Source of the DNA: the human T2T-CHM13v2.0 reference genome, Homo sapiens
Assembly: GCF_009914755.1 (NCBI RefSeq)
Contig: NC_060945.1
DNA length: 64,000 bases
Direction: 5' to 3' (one strand)
Positions 33,292-51,283 of the stretch are shown here, piece after piece; position 1 is the first letter of the stretch; each line of letters begins with the position of its first letter. The notes under the pieces were generated by a model. That model saw only the letters and a list, made by a program, of their open reading frames with translations. It was not told the DNA's origin and made no database searches. The position numbers and the translations under genes were made by a program.

Positions 33292-34148
33292 TGTTGGCTG
33301 CAACTACTACTGCAACTCCTGCTACTACTGTTTGTTTTAGCAATTTCACGCTGAAGCACTCAAAAACTGTCTCTGTAATTTAAAAAGTTGTCCCTGTAAT
33401 TTCCTGCCACCAGATCACTATATCTTTCCATGGTTACTCACTCTGATCTTCAAAGGCTGAAGTCTGCCCTGGGCTTAAAATGGTGGCTTTATCCTGAGCT
33501 CACCAAGATTTAACCTTAACCATTAATTTCCTTCATTCTATTCCCCCAAAAAAATCTCTATTAAAAATAACTAAGCTAGGCTTTAGTCAACATTAACAAA
33601 TACTAAAAGCAATAATGTTTTTAGCTGTAGTGAACCAAACCCTTAAGATGCAATTACTAGACAACCCCACTGTGAAGTCAAAAAAAATAAGATAAAATTT
33701 CATCTTTTCTTCCTTGTCCTAAGTATTTCATTATGAGCTTATTGTCAGTTGAGCCTTATTCACAAACATTTCTTCTTGACCTTTAGATAATTGAAAACAC
33801 ATATTCCAGGCCTCGTATCTTGAGAAATCATTATGGATGTGTTAAACAGCAACTGTTTCAGTACCTCTTTTGTCATGCATAAGCTTTTAATTATAAATTA
33901 AATATAAAATATAATATGAAATATACATCAAAATCTTCGACATTCATAGGCATAACTTATTACCAGTTTTGAAGTACTTAGGAAGTGAGAAATCAAAAAA
34001 AAGGAAGTCAGTTTCTGATTTTCATTGATTTCTTCTGATAATATGTTCATGAACATCATAATAATTGTCACCATGAAAAATCAGAAAAAAGAAAAGAACA
34101 TGCAGCTTATGTGGAAACTTGGTTCATTTCCCATTTTGGGTAGAAGAC

Positions 34149-34513
34149 TGTATTAGTTTGTACTCACACTGCTAATAAAGACATACCTGAGACTAGGTAA
34201 TCAATAAAGAAAAAGAGGTTTAATGGATTCACAGTTTCATGTGGCTGGGGAGGCCTCACAATTATGGTGAAAGGTGAAACAGGAACAAAGGCACATCTTA
34301 CATGGCAGTAGGCAAAAGAGCGTGTGCAGGGGAACTCCCCCTTCCAAAACCATCAGATCTCATGAGAGTAATTCACGATCATGAGAACAGCATGAGAAAA
34401 ACCCAAGCCCATGATTCAATCACCTCCCACCAGGTCCTTCCCATGGCAGGTGGGGATTATGGAATCTACAATTCAAGATGAGATTTGGGTGGGGACACAG
34501 CCAAACCGTATCA
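34149..34513 (-). mobile_element. THE1 (B/C-like) solo LTR
   Basis: TGTATTAGT...CCAAACCGTATCA; TSD AAGAC. Confidence 0.92.
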
Positions 34514-34554
34514 AAGACTAAGGTGCGTGTATTCACAATATTTACATTTGTACT

Positions 34555-34916
34555 TGCTATAGTCTGAATGTTTGTGTCCCCCCAGAGTTCATATGTTGAA
34601 ACTCAATCTCCAGTGCAATGGTGTCGGGAGGTGAGACCTTTGGGAAGCGATTAGGTTATGAGGTCAGAGCTCTCATAAGTGGGATTAGTCTCCCGGGCCC
34701 TTACATAAAAGGCCCAGGAGAGTTTGTCTCTTTTACCATGTAAGGAAACAACTAGAAGTCGCCATCTTGAAGCAGAGAGCAAGCCCTCACCAGACACTGA
34801 ATCTGCTGGCACCTTGATCTTGAACTTCCAGCCTCCAGAACTGGGGTCAACAAATTTCTGTCATTTATAAATTACCCAGCCTAATATATCTTGTTATAGC
34901 AACACAAACTAAGACA
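34555..34916 (+). mobile_element. MLT1A-like solo LTR
   Basis: TGCTATAGTCTGAATGTTTGTGTCCCCC...CTAAGACA. Confidence 0.88.
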
Positions 34917-35083
34917 GTAATCATGCACACCAAATGACTCAGTCAACATAACATAGCAAATTGATCTTCTATAAACTAAATTTGAATTGGAGCATATATG
35001 TAATGTGTTACCCAAACCACGATACTTTTGAGAGCCCTAAGGGGACACTGTTAATAATTTTAGTATGTTAAGAAATAGATGTA

Positions 35084-35456
<373 letters not shown>

Positions 35457-35941
35457 CTATCACTCTGGTTGTGGGGAGTAGAGAGGAAGGAAGAAGGCAC
35501 CAGCACTGTGCCGTCTTAAAGAAAGCTGACTCTGCCTCTATCTTTCCCATCCCCTTTAGCTGATGTCAAAATGTCCTTTAAAGGGTCACTTGCCTCTCTG
35601 GGTTTCAGGCTACCTTAGAAGATAGAAAAAGGAACCAGACTTTGTATATGCATTGTCATTATTCCCACTCCCCATGATTATCATTTTTCACACTCTATGT
35701 TCTGATGTAATTTCATGCACATTTATTAGTCGGCAGACTTTACTTAAGCACCTATTACATGCCAGGTACATTTCAAGATAAGAATTCTTGTGGAGCAGCA
35801 AATGATATAGCAGAGACAGACTGAAACCTGAGCATTCATAATACTCTCAAGTTAGCATCGTCTTTGTTATATAACATAGGTAGGGGTTGGGACATGTGTG
35901 AACAAGGTGAAATGATAGCAAGTGAGAAGGAGTGTCTAATG

Positions 35942-36261
35942 AGCTGGGCACAGTGGCTCATGCCTGTAATCCCAGCACTTTGGGAGGCTCAGGCAGCTGG
36001 ATCACCTGAAGTCAGGAGTTCGAGACCAGCCTGACCAACATGGTGAGACCCCATCTCCAGTAAAAAAAAAAAAAAAAAAAATACAAAATTAACTGGGCGT
36101 GGTGGCACATGTTTGTAATCCCAGCTACTCAGGAGGCAAGGCTGGAGAATCTCTTGAACCCAGGAAGTGGAGGTTGCTGTGAGCTAATATTGCACCATTG
36201 CACTCCAGCCTGGGCAACAAGAGTGAAACTGCACCAGAAAAAAAAAAAAAAAAAAAAAAAA
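35942..36261 (+). mobile_element. AluS
   Basis: Dimer with long A linker and tail. Confidence 0.92.
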
Positions 36262-37704
36262 CTAATGAAGGAAAAGAAGCCTTTAAGAGGGTGTACCCTT
36301 GAATGATGCACCAACCCCCTAGACATTCTAGCAAGAAGAACAAAGTAAAAGGGGCCAGAAACTTGAAAATCTGGTGCTGAAGAAACCTATGAGCATTTTG
36401 ATGTAAAGTATACAGTGCTACTGATGCAACAGTGAGAGTGGAGTGGACACGAAGGCTTTGGAAGAATCGTGAAGGATCTTGTCTGCCAAGCTAAAAAGCT
36501 TAGATTATAACCTATGTGGAAAGGGAATCACAGAGGTGATTACACACAGCAGAGCATGATTCGGTTTATCTACCAGGAAATTATTCTGAGTCAGTATTGG
36601 GATCCATTAGAAGAAGGTGAACAGACCCAGTGGGAACTGCAAAGCAGTGACTGCACTGTCTAAAAAAGTCAGCAGTCCTCAGCCCTGGATGAACATGAGA
36701 ACAACAACCTGGAAACAATATTGGGCTTCATCCCCAGAGGTTCTGGTTTGGTTGGCCTGAGGTGGGCCCAGAAATAGATATATTTAGTTCAGGTACATAT
36801 GTGTGTATTTGTGTATATATAAGTGTGTGTGTATACATATGTGTGTGTATATGTGCATAGAAATAAAGATCAGGAAAGTTTTAATGCCCTACTAGTGTTG
36901 AGAGCCACTGAGATAGGAAAGGGCTTAAACTAGATTTAGGAGAAGTGGTAGGTATGAGAGATTGGAGCTAAAAATCAATAGAATGAGACAATTAGAAGGA
37001 TAGCAAAGAGGTGAGGTTATAGGGATGCACGTGAAACTTAGATACAGCCTAGTTTTCTGACTTAGACAACTGTATTGATTTTGATGATATTAAACTGCCC
37101 CAGACAATGTTTCAGAAGATTTCACCCAAGGAACAAAATGTTTCTCCAAAAACAAAAAAAACAAACAAGTACAATTTTAACAGGAAAACTAATGACTCTG
37201 TCCTCTGCTTGGTGGGAAAACAGAAATTTGGAAGATGCTGACATTTTCCATTTTTGATGTTAAAGATGTATTACCTTCATAGTCTCTGGGTTTTTTGTGG
37301 GGGCGGTGGGCGAGATCAAAAGAAGATTCCTTTGGTGATATCCATGTACAGCATTCCCCAAATTTCCCTCACCCCTCCCCAAAGAAGATGCTACAGGCTG
37401 ACAAGTTCAGCATGTATTTGGCAGCACTTGTAACAGAATGCTTTCATTTTTGTTTAGTAATAATTTTTAAGAGGAGTGTGCAAGATGCTGAATGGTATCT
37501 TCTCTCTTATCCAGATTTGACAGCTGAGGAACCACAGCTGAAGACAAAAGCTCTGACACTAAAGGGACACAATGCCCATCTTTTTCACGTATTTCCAAAT
37601 GTTTTGTAATTTCTTTGACAAGCAGAACAGTATTCTGGTTTCCCCTACACATCATCCTTTGATATGAAGAAATGGGCAGGAGAAAGACAGTGGAGCTGAA
37701 GAAA

Positions 37705-37930
37705 GGAGTAATAATTTAAATAGTGCTTACTACATGCCAAACACTGTTCTAAACAAATTTCATTCTATTCTCCTAACAGCCCTTTGAAGTAGGGACTATT
37801 ATTATTCATATTATTCATAAGAAAACAGAGGCATAGGGACGTTAAGTAACATGCCCAAGGCCACACAGTTAGTAAACAGCAGAGCTGAGCTTTGGACTCC
37901 ACGAAGTCCAAACTGTTAACCACTATCCAG
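37705..37930 (-). mobile_element. MIR
   Basis: AGAAAACAGAGGCATAG...GTTAAGTAACATGCCCAAGGCCACACAG core. Confidence 0.8.
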
Positions 37931-37992
37931 GGCAGCTGCATCCCCTCCTTTGGGTTTAAAGAATATGTTTCCATAAGACAAGTGGATACTAT

Positions 37993-38667
37993 ATGATAGA
38001 GTTTGGATGTGTGTCCTCACCCAAATCTCATGTTGAAAGGTAATCCCCAATGTTGGAAATGGGGCCTGGTGGAAGGTGTTTGGGTCATGAGGGTGGGTCC
38101 CTCATGACTTGTGATAGTGAGTCATTTCTCATGCAACCTGGTTGTTTAAAAGTGTGACACCCCTCATGCCAGTAATCCCAGCACTTTGGGAGGCCAAGGC
38201 AGGCAGATCAGCTGAGGTCAGGAGTTTGAGACCAGCCTGGCCAACATGATGAAACCCCATCTCTATTAAAACTAGAAAAACTAGCGGGCCATGGTGGCAG
38301 GTGCCTAATCCCAGATACTCAGGAGGCTGAAGCAGGAGAATCGTTTGAACCCTGGAGGTGCTGGCTGCAGCGAGCCAAGATCAAGCCACTGCACCCAGTC
38401 TGGGCAACAGAGCCAGACTCCATCTCAAAAAAAAAAAGCGTGGCACCCACCCACCCCCGCCCGCCTCTTGCTCCAACTCCTGCCACGTGACATACCTGCT
38501 TTTCCTTCACCTTCCACCATAAGTTTCCTGAGTCCTACCTAGAAGCAGAAGCTAGCAATATGTTTCCCGTATAGCCTGCAGAAACGAGAGACAATTAAGC
38601 CTCTTTTTGTGTAAATTAGCCAGTCTGAGCTATTTCTTTATAGCAATGCAAAAACAGCGTAGTACAC
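37993..38667 (+). mobile_element. MST-type LTR interrupted by AluS (38159-38437)
   Basis: TGATAGAGTTTGGATGTGTGTCC...TATAGCAATGCAAAA; GTG(A/G)CACC duplicated around the Alu. Confidence 0.85.
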
Positions 38668-38853
38668 TATAAAAGCTGTCCAGTGGTTAAACCATTTTAC
38701 CAGTGCCCAACAAGAGCACTCCTCATAAAGCATCTGTTTAGAGAAGGAACCAATGAAAAGAGAAAGGCTGAAGACCTAGGAGAGGAAAAAAATTGATGGA
38801 AGAAGGTTCTGGAGAAAGTGGGACAAGTTGAGGCTTCCGTAGCCCAAATGAAA

Positions 38854-38925
38854 ATATATATATATGTGTGTGTGTATATATATATATACACGTGTATATA
38901 TATATACATGTATATATATATATAT
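38854..38925. repeat. (TA)n/(TG)n compound microsatellite
   Basis: Directly visible. Confidence 0.92.
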
Positions 38926-38968
38926 CTTTTTTTCCAGAGAAAAAGACAGAGATAAGCATGCAGATAAC

Positions 38969-39253
38969 TTTTTAATTATTTTTTTGTCACTCTGTCCCCA
39001 GGCTGGACTGCAGTGGCACAATTATGGCTCCCTGCAGCCTCAACCTCCCAGACTCAAGTGATCCTCCCACCTCAGCCTCGCAAGCCAGGACCACAAGTGT
39101 GCGCCACCACACCTGGCTAATTTTTTATTTTTTGTAGAGATGGGATCTTGCTATGTTGCCTAGGCTGGTTTTGAACTCCTGGGCTCAAGCGATCCTCCCA
39201 CCAAGGCCTCCCAAAGTGCTGGGATTAGAGGTGTAAGCCACTACACCCAGCCC
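38969..39253 (-). mobile_element. AluJ
   Basis: CTCCTGGGCTCAAGCGATCCTCCC. Confidence 0.9.
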
Positions 39254-39429
39254 AGGTAACTTTTAGACATGTGTTGGGAACTCAGGCTTACCACACCTGA
39301 TGAAGTAGGAAGCAAAGCCTGTGCTCAGAGTGGAAAACCAGGAGTGGCCCGGCCGTGATGGCAGTTTGGGGTTTCCACCTAGAGGTTGCTAAACAGGCTT
39401 AGCAGCATCACAGAGAGAACTGGTCACAT

Positions 39430-39610
39430 GGCTTGTAGCCACATAGTTTGAGCCCCACTGCAAAATGAAAAGCAAAGTTCCTTACTGATAAATTATTAAG
39501 AATTTCAAAACAACGAAGGCACAGCAGTGAAACAATTATAAGCACAAGGTCCTTCCCCATGTGGAGCCTCGTGAGACTACACAGGTCACATGGCCATGAA
39601 GCTGGCCCTG
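39430..39610. mobile_element. MER45A-like hAT MITE
   Basis: TGCAAAATGAAA...AATTATTAAGAATTTCAA...CCATGAAGCTGGCCCTG. Confidence 0.75.
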
Positions 39611-39649
39611 ATGAGAAGTCACAGGTAAAAATATTCTATAAATATATGC

Positions 39650-40580
39650 TGGTGGCAGGAATTAGAGTATGCCACTCCAAAATATACCACTTTATCATAA
39701 GGATTATTTTGAGCTGAAGATAATTAAGCAATAGCAGGTGCAGGAAAAGCTCTCTGCCTTCCTCCTTTCTGTCTAAAAGCAGGGTGTAAATTTCCCTTTG
39801 TAAAGGCAATGTAAATATCCATTTATAAAAGTGTCTCCCCCTCCCACACCAGGAAGAGAAGGATGCTGTTAATCACCAGAGACAACTCTTATCAATGGAG
39901 AAGGCAACAACTGGAGGCTGTGTAACAACTCTTGCTAAATAACTCTGCTGTGGTCTGAAAGTTTTTGTCCCCCCAAAATTTATCTGTTGAAATTCAAATT
40001 CCTAAGGTGATGGTGTTAGATTATTAGGTCATGAGGTCGGATCCCTCATGAATGGAAATAATGCCCTTACAAGGAAACCCCAGAAAGCGCATTCACTCTT
40101 TCCTCCACGTGAGGTTACAGTGAGAAAACAGCCATTGTTAACCAGGACGTGAGCCTTCACCAGACATCAAATCTGCCAGCACCTTGATCTTAAACTTCTC
40201 AGCCTCCGGAACTGTAAGAATAAATTGCTGTTGTTTATAAGCTACCCAGTTTATGGCATTTTTGTTATAACAGCCCAAACAGGCTAAGACAACCCTTATC
40301 TTCCATCAATTTCCCTTATATATTTACCTCTCCAAAACTTAACTCCCTTAGAAAACTAAGCCCCCTGTTCCTTTGTCTAATTACTTCTCCATGATTTATT
40401 ACTCTTTGTAAAAATGACATAGAACCTCCCATGTCTAACCAGTTCTTTGGGTTTTCTCTCCTCTTCTGTGAAGCCATGCATGTTTACATGTAACAAACCT
40501 TCTCTCCTGTTAAGCTGTCTTCTGTCACTTTAATTTACAGAGCCTCATTCAGTGAACCTAAGAAAATAGAAAAAAAAAAA
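39650..40580 (+). mobile_element. ERV1-type LTR (MER34/MER39-like) interrupted by a MaLR LTR (~39946-40292)
   Basis: CCAAAATATACCACTT...AGGATTATTTTGAGCTGAAG; inner LTR TGCTGTGGTCTGAA...CTAAGACA flanked by ACTCT/ACCCT. Confidence 0.68.
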
Positions 40581-42228
40581 AAAGCATTCCCACGCTGGCA
40601 TCACATACCAGATTTCTGATTCACTCTGCTACTTCTAACCAAAATCTTTCTCTATGAGGAAGAAGAGAAACGGGTAGTGACTACTTTCCTCTAATCACAT
40701 GCAGTTTTCCATCTCTTCATTTTGTAGCTAAGTGAAACAATTATTCTCCTCTTTCCATAATGGAGAATATTGATCTTATTTCTCAGCAAGCCTTGCTCAT
40801 TATGCCAAATTCTTTTGTCAAATTACTTTATAGTAATAATATCAGATAAATTATCAGCTTGAAAATTGACTCTACTTCTTAAAACAGAGACCACATTTTT
40901 TAACAAAACAAAATTATTTCATTGAGGAGATTAGAGAATATCATTATAGGACAATAGAGAAAAGTTATTCCTGTAAAGGAATTCTGAAACTAGCCAATTT
41001 TATTTGTCCACATAGAGGCTGAAGGAGTTTCAAGTTACAGTGTTTAAATATTTCAGAACAGTTTTTAAATTATATCTTGATTTCAGAAAATTAAAATTTA
41101 ATCAAGGTGTTTCCTTCCAGTATCTCATTTTCTTCCCCCAAATTTTAGTGTTTTTCAACTAGAGCCCTGTTTCAATTATTAATCAGAAATATTTGTTTTA
41201 AAACTAATGAGATAATTACATATTTGCTTAAATACTTAAGCAACCTGACTTGTGTATATAACTCTTATAATTATTTTCATTGCTCATGAACTCTCAAGAT
41301 ACTGAGTGTACCTGCCGGTTATGTTTTCAAATACGTTTGTATTAGACTAGCTGAAACTATTTTAACAATGTTTGTAGAGATTTTGTGGCAGCCAGAATGC
41401 ACCTGAAGAAACATTTTTAAGATAGATAAAATTGTACAGAGAAAAAGAAGCAGGTAGTATCTTCTAGTCCTCCCTCTCAAGAAAATTTACTAGCACAAAT
41501 GTACCATTTGCAAAAATCTGTTGATGTAAACTAGAACACTTTGGTTGTACCTCATTTTTTCCCCTGGAACTGTAAAACAGTCGATGGAGTTAAGCTTGGA
41601 TCAAACTTTGAGCCTGCAAATTATTATGACTATGCTTTGAACAATCTGTCAAAATCTCTGAGTCTGTTTCTTCATTGGTGCAATAAAAGTTATAATTTCT
41701 GAAATGATTATAGAAGCACCTTAGAAAATTGAAAGCATTATGAAAAAAGAAGAAGAAGAAGAAGAAGCTGCTGCTATTCATGTCACTCTATGTTCTAATA
41801 CTAACTTCATTATAATGAAGGGAGTGGACTTAGACATATAACCTCCCTGAGCCACAGTTTTCAGTAATAATAAGTACATAATAACGGTAATAATAATAAC
41901 AACAATAACACCTACAGGGTTTAGATGAAGATCAAATGAGATTATATCAACTGTTAATATGCAGTTAGACAAATGGATGGATAGAGAAAGAGACAGACAG
42001 ACAATAGAAATATGCTGTGGGAACATACTTTGTCCTCTCAGAAGTCCCCAGTGTAATAGAAGACATAATGTAGATACATAAATAATCGTAGCATGTGGAA
42101 GGCTATAACTGTCAAAAAAGTCGTATATTAGAACACTTCTGATTTCTTCTTAGCCATTCAAACATTGTGTTCTGACCAATTTTGCCTTCAGAAAAAGAAA
42201 TATTACCAGTCATCATTGTTAGACAAAA

Positions 42229-42366
42229 GCAGGACCAGCTACAAAATTTGTGGGACCTGGTACTAATAAAAATGCAGATCTCCTTGTTAAAATGATTAGC
42301 AGTTTCAAAACAGTGACAGTTGAGCACTAAGCCAAGTGCAGGGACCCTTTAAACACAGAGCACTGT
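42229..42366. mobile_element. MER45A-like MITE truncated at the L1 junction
   Basis: CAGGACCAGCTACAAAATTTGTGGG...CCAAGTGCAGGGACCCTT; other terminus absent. Confidence 0.72.
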
Positions 42367-44959
42367 AGGTATCAGTGATTGAAGATCAAATTATTGAAAT
42401 AAAGTGAGAAGACAAGATCAGAGAAAAAAAGTAAGAAGAAATGAACAAAGCCTCCAAGAAACATGGGACTATGTGAAAAGACCAAATCTACGTTTGATTG
42501 GCATACCTAAAAGTGATGGGGAGAATGGAACCAAGTTGGAAAACACTCTTTAGGATATTATCCAGGAGAACTTCCCCAACCTAGCAAGGCAGGCCAACAT
42601 TCAAATTCAGGAAATACAGAGAACACCACAAAGATACTCCTCAAGAAGAGCAACCACAAGACACATAATCATCAGATTCACCAAGGTTGAAATGAGGGGA
42701 AAAATGTTAAGGGCAGCCAGAGAGAAAGGTCAGGTTACCAACAAAGGGAAGCCCATCAGACTAACAGTGGATCTCTCTGCAGGAACTCCACAAGCCAGAA
42801 GAGAGTGGGGGCCAATATTCAACATTCTTAAAGAAAACAATTTTCAACCCAGAATTTCATATCCAGCCAAGATAAGCTTCGTAAGTGAAGGAGAAATAAA
42901 ATCCTTTACAGACAAGCAAATGCTGAGAGATTTTGTCACCACCAGGCCTGTCTTATAAGAGCTCCTGAAGGAAGCACTAAACGTGGAAAGGAACAACCGG
43001 TACCAGCCACTGCAAAAACATGCCAAATTGTAAAGACCATCAATGCTATAAAGAAACTGCATCAATTAACGGGCAAAATAACCAGCTAACATGATAATGA
43101 CAGGATCAAATTCACAAATAACATTATTAACCTTAAATGTAAACGGGCTAAATGCCCCCAGTTAAAAGACACAGACCGGCAAATTGGATAAAGAGTCAAG
43201 ACCCGTCAGTGTGCTGTGTTTGGGAGATCCATCTCACATACAGAGACTCACATAGGCTAAAAACAAAGGGATGGAGGAAGATCTACCAAGCAAATGGAAA
43301 GCAAAAAAAAGCAGGAGTTGCAATCCTAGTCTCTGATAAAACAGACTTTAAACAAACAAAGATCAAAGGAGACAAAGAAGGCCATTACATAATGGTAAAG
43401 GGATCAATTCAATAAGAAGAGCTAACTATCCTAAATATATATGCACCCAATACAGGAGCACCGAGATTTATAAAGCAAGTCCTTAGAGACCTACAAAGAG
43501 ACACACAATAATAATGGGAGACTTTAACACCCCACTCTCAATATTAGACAGATCAACGAGACAGAAGATTAACAAGGATATCCAGGACTTGAACTCAGCT
43601 CTGGACCAAGCGGACCTAATAGACACCTATAGAACTCTCCACCCAAAATCAACAGAATATACATTTTTCTCAGCACCACATCACACTTATTCTAAAATTG
43701 ACCACATAATTGGAAGTAAAGCACTCCTCAGCAAATGTAAAAGAACAGAAATCACAACAAACTGTCTCTCAGACCACAGTGCAATCAAATTAGAACTCAG
43801 AATTAAGAAACTCACTCAAAACCACACAACTACATGGAAACTGAACAACCTGCTCCTGAATGACTACTGGGAAAATAACAAAATGAAGGCAGAAATAAAG
43901 ATGTTCTTTGAAACCAATGAGAACAAAGACACAACATACCAGAATCTCTGGGATGCATTTAAAGTAGTCTGTAGAGGGAAATTTTTGGCACTAAATGCCC
44001 ACAAGAGAAAGCAGGAAAGATCTAAATCAACACCCTAACATCACAACTAAAAGACTAGAGAAGCAAGAGCAAACATGTTCAAAGGCTAGCAGAAGGCAAG
44101 AAATAACTAAGATCAGAGCAGAACTGAAAGAGACAGACACAAACAACCCTTCAAAAAATCAGTGAATCCAGGAGCTGGTTTTTTGAAAAGACCAACAAAA
44201 TTGATAGACTGCCAGCAAGACTAATAAAGAAGAAAAGAGAGAAGAATCAAATAAACGCAATAAAAAAAAGATAAAGGGGATGTCACCACCAATCCCACAG
44301 AAATACAAACTACCATCAGAGAATACTATAAACACCTCTACGCAAATAAACTAGAAAATCTAGAAGAAATGGATAAACTCCTGGACACAAACACCCTCCC
44401 AAGACTAAACCAGGAAGAAGTTTAATCTCCGAATAGACTAATAACATGATCTGAAATTGAGGCAATAATTAATAGTCTACCAACCAAAAAAAGTCCAGGA
44501 CCGGACAGATTCACAAACGAATTCTACCAGAGGTACAAAGAGGAACTGGTACGATTCCTTCTGAAACAATTCCAAACAATAGAAAAAGAGGGAATCCTGC
44601 CTAACTCATTTTATGAGGCCAGCATCATCCTGATACCAAAGCCTGGCAGAGACACAACAAAAAAAGAGAATTTTAGACCAATATCCCTGACGAACATTCA
44701 TGTGAAAATCCTCAATAAAATACCAGCAAACCAAATCCAGCAGCACATCAAAAAGCTTATCCATCACGATCAAGTTGGCTTAATCCCTGGGATGCAAGGC
44801 TTGTTCAACATATGCAAATCAATAAACATAATCCATCACATAAACAAAACCAATGACAAAAACGACATGATTATCTCAATAGATGCAGAAAAGGTCTTAG
44901 ATAAAATTCAACAGCACTTCATGCTAAAAACTCTCAATAAACTAGGTATTGGGCTTCCA

Positions 44960-45864
44960 GGGGGAGGAGCCAAGATGGCCGAATAGGAACAGCTCTGGTC
45001 TACAGCTCCCAGCGTGAGCGACGCAGAAGACGGGTGATTTCTGCATTTCCATCTGAGGTACCGGGTTCACCTCACTAGGGAGTGCCAGGCAGTGGGCGCA
45101 GGCCAGTGGGTGCGCGCACCGTGGGCGAGCCGAAGCAGGGCGAGGCATTGCCTCACCTGGGAAGCGCCAGGGGTCAGGGAGTTCCCTTTCCGAGTCAAGG
45201 AAAGGGGTGACCGACGCACCTAGAAAATCGGGTCACTCCCACCCGAATATTGCGCTTTTCAGACCGGCTTAAAAAATGGCGCACCACGAGACTATATCCC
45301 ACACCTGGCTTGGAGGGTCCTACGCCCACGGAATCTCACTGATTGCTAGCACAGCAGTCTGAGATCAAACTGCAAGGTGGCAGCGAGGCTGGGGGATGGG
45401 CGCCCGCCATTGCCCAGGCTTGCTTAGGTAAACAAAGCAGCCGGGAAGCTCGAACTGGGTGGAGCCCACCACAGCTCAAGAAGGCCTGCCTGCCTCTGTA
45501 GGCTCCACCTCTGGGGGCAGGGCACAGACAAACAAAAAGACAGCAGTAACCTCTGCAGACTTAAATGTCCCTGTCTGACAGCTTTGAAGAGAGCAGTGGT
45601 TCTCCCAGCACACAGCTGGAGATCTGAGAACGGGCAGACTGCCTCCTCAAGTGGGTCCCTGACCCCTGACCCCCGAGCAGCCTAACTGGGAGGCACCCCC
45701 CAGCAGGGGCACACTGACACTCACACGGCAGGGTATTCCAACAGAACTGCAGCTGAGGGTCCTGTCTGTTAGAAGGAAAACTAACAAACAGAAAGGACAC
45801 CCACACCGAAAACCCATCTATACATCACCATCATCAAAGGCCAAAAGTAGATAAAACCACAAAG
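44960..45864 (+). promoter_or_regulatory. L1 5'UTR internal sense and antisense promoter, CpG-rich
   Basis: YY1 site CAAGATGGCCG at 44971-44981; many retained CpGs. Confidence 0.85.
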
Positions 45865-46881
45865 ATGAGGAAAAAACAGAACAGAAAAACTGGAAACTCT
45901 AAAACGCAGAGCGCCTCTCCTCCTCCAAAGGAATGCAGTTCCTCACCAGCAACGGAACAAAGCTGGATGGAGAATGATTCTGACGAGCTGAGAGAAGAAG
46001 GCTTCAGACGATCAAATTACTCTGAGCTATGGGAGGACATTCAAACCAAAGGCAAAGAAGTTGAAAACTTTGAAAAAAATTTAGAAGAATGTATAACTAG
46101 AATAACCAATACAGAGAAGTGCTTAAAGGAGCTGATGGAGCTGAAAACCAAGGCTCGAGAACTACATGAAGAATGCAGAAGCCTCAGGAGCCGATGCGAT
46201 CAACTGGAAGAAAGGGTATCAGCAATGGAAGATGAAATGAATGAAATGAAGCGAGAAGGGAAGTTTAGAGAAAAAAGAATAAAAAGAAATGAGCAAAGCC
46301 TCCAAGAAATATGGGACTATGTGAAAAGACCAAATCTACATCTGATTGGTGTACCTGAAAGTGATGCAGAGAATGGAACCAAGTTGGAAAACACTCTGCA
46401 GGATATTATCCAGGAGAACTTCCCCAATCTAGCAAGGCAGGCCAACGTTCAGATTCAGGAAATACAGAGAACGCCACAAAGATACTCCTCGAGAAGAGCA
46501 ACTCCAAGACACATAATTGTCAGATTCACCAAAGTTGAAATGAAGGAAAAAATGTTAAGGGCAGCCAGAGAGAAAGGTTGGGTTACCCTCAAAGGGAAGC
46601 CCATCAGACTAACAGCGGATCTCTCGGCAGAAACCCTACAAGCCAGAAGAGAGTGGGGGCCAATATTCAACATTCTTAAAGAAAAGAATTTTCAACCCAG
46701 AATTTCATATCCAGCCAAACTAAGCTTCATAAGTGAAGGAGAAATAAAATACTTTACAGACAAGCAAATGCTGAGAGATTTTGTCACCACCAGGCCTGCC
46801 CTAAAAGAGCTCTTGAAGGAAGCGCTAAACATGGAAAGGAACAACCAGTACCAGCCGCTGCAAAATCATGCCAAAATGTAA
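45865..46881 (+). CDS. L1 ORF1p, intact 338 aa
   Basis: Full length; coiled coil, REKG, ARREW and YPAKLS motifs present. Confidence 0.93.
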   Translation: MRKKQNRKTGNSKTQSASPPPKECSSSPATEQSWMENDSDELREEGFRRSNYSELWEDIQTKGKEVENFEKNLEECITRITNTEKCLKELMELKTKARELHEECRSLRSRCDQLEERVSAMEDEMNEMKREGKFREKRIKRNEQSLQEIWDYVKRPNLHLIGVPESDAENGTKLENTLQDIIQENFPNLARQANVQIQEIQRTPQRYSSRRATPRHIIVRFTKVEMKEKMLRAAREKGWVTLKGKPIRLTADLSAETLQARREWGPIFNILKEKNFQPRISYPAKLSFISEGEIKYFTDKQMLRDFVTTRPALKELLKEALNMERNNQYQPLQNHAKM

Positions 46882-46917
46882 AGACCATCGAGACTAGGAA
46901 GAAACTGCATCAACTAA

Positions 46918-50771
<3,854 letters not shown>

Positions 50772-50884
50772 ACAATGAGATCACATGGACACAGGAAGGG
50801 GAATATCACACTCTGGGGACTGTGGTGGGGAGGGGGGAGGGGGAGGGAAAGAAAAAATAAATAAATAAATAAATAAATAAATAA

Positions 50885-51004
<120 letters not shown>

Positions 51005-51007
51005 TAA

Positions 51008-51283
<276 letters not shown>

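Noticed and set aside
37295-37609. 104-aa ORF in non-repeat sequence
   Set aside because: No recognisable domain, non-ATG start, no supportable splice structure.
44702-44986. Chimeric ORF joining host ORF2 to [11 protein letters not shown]
   Set aside because: Chance read-through across the insertion junction; upstream host ORF2 has many stops.
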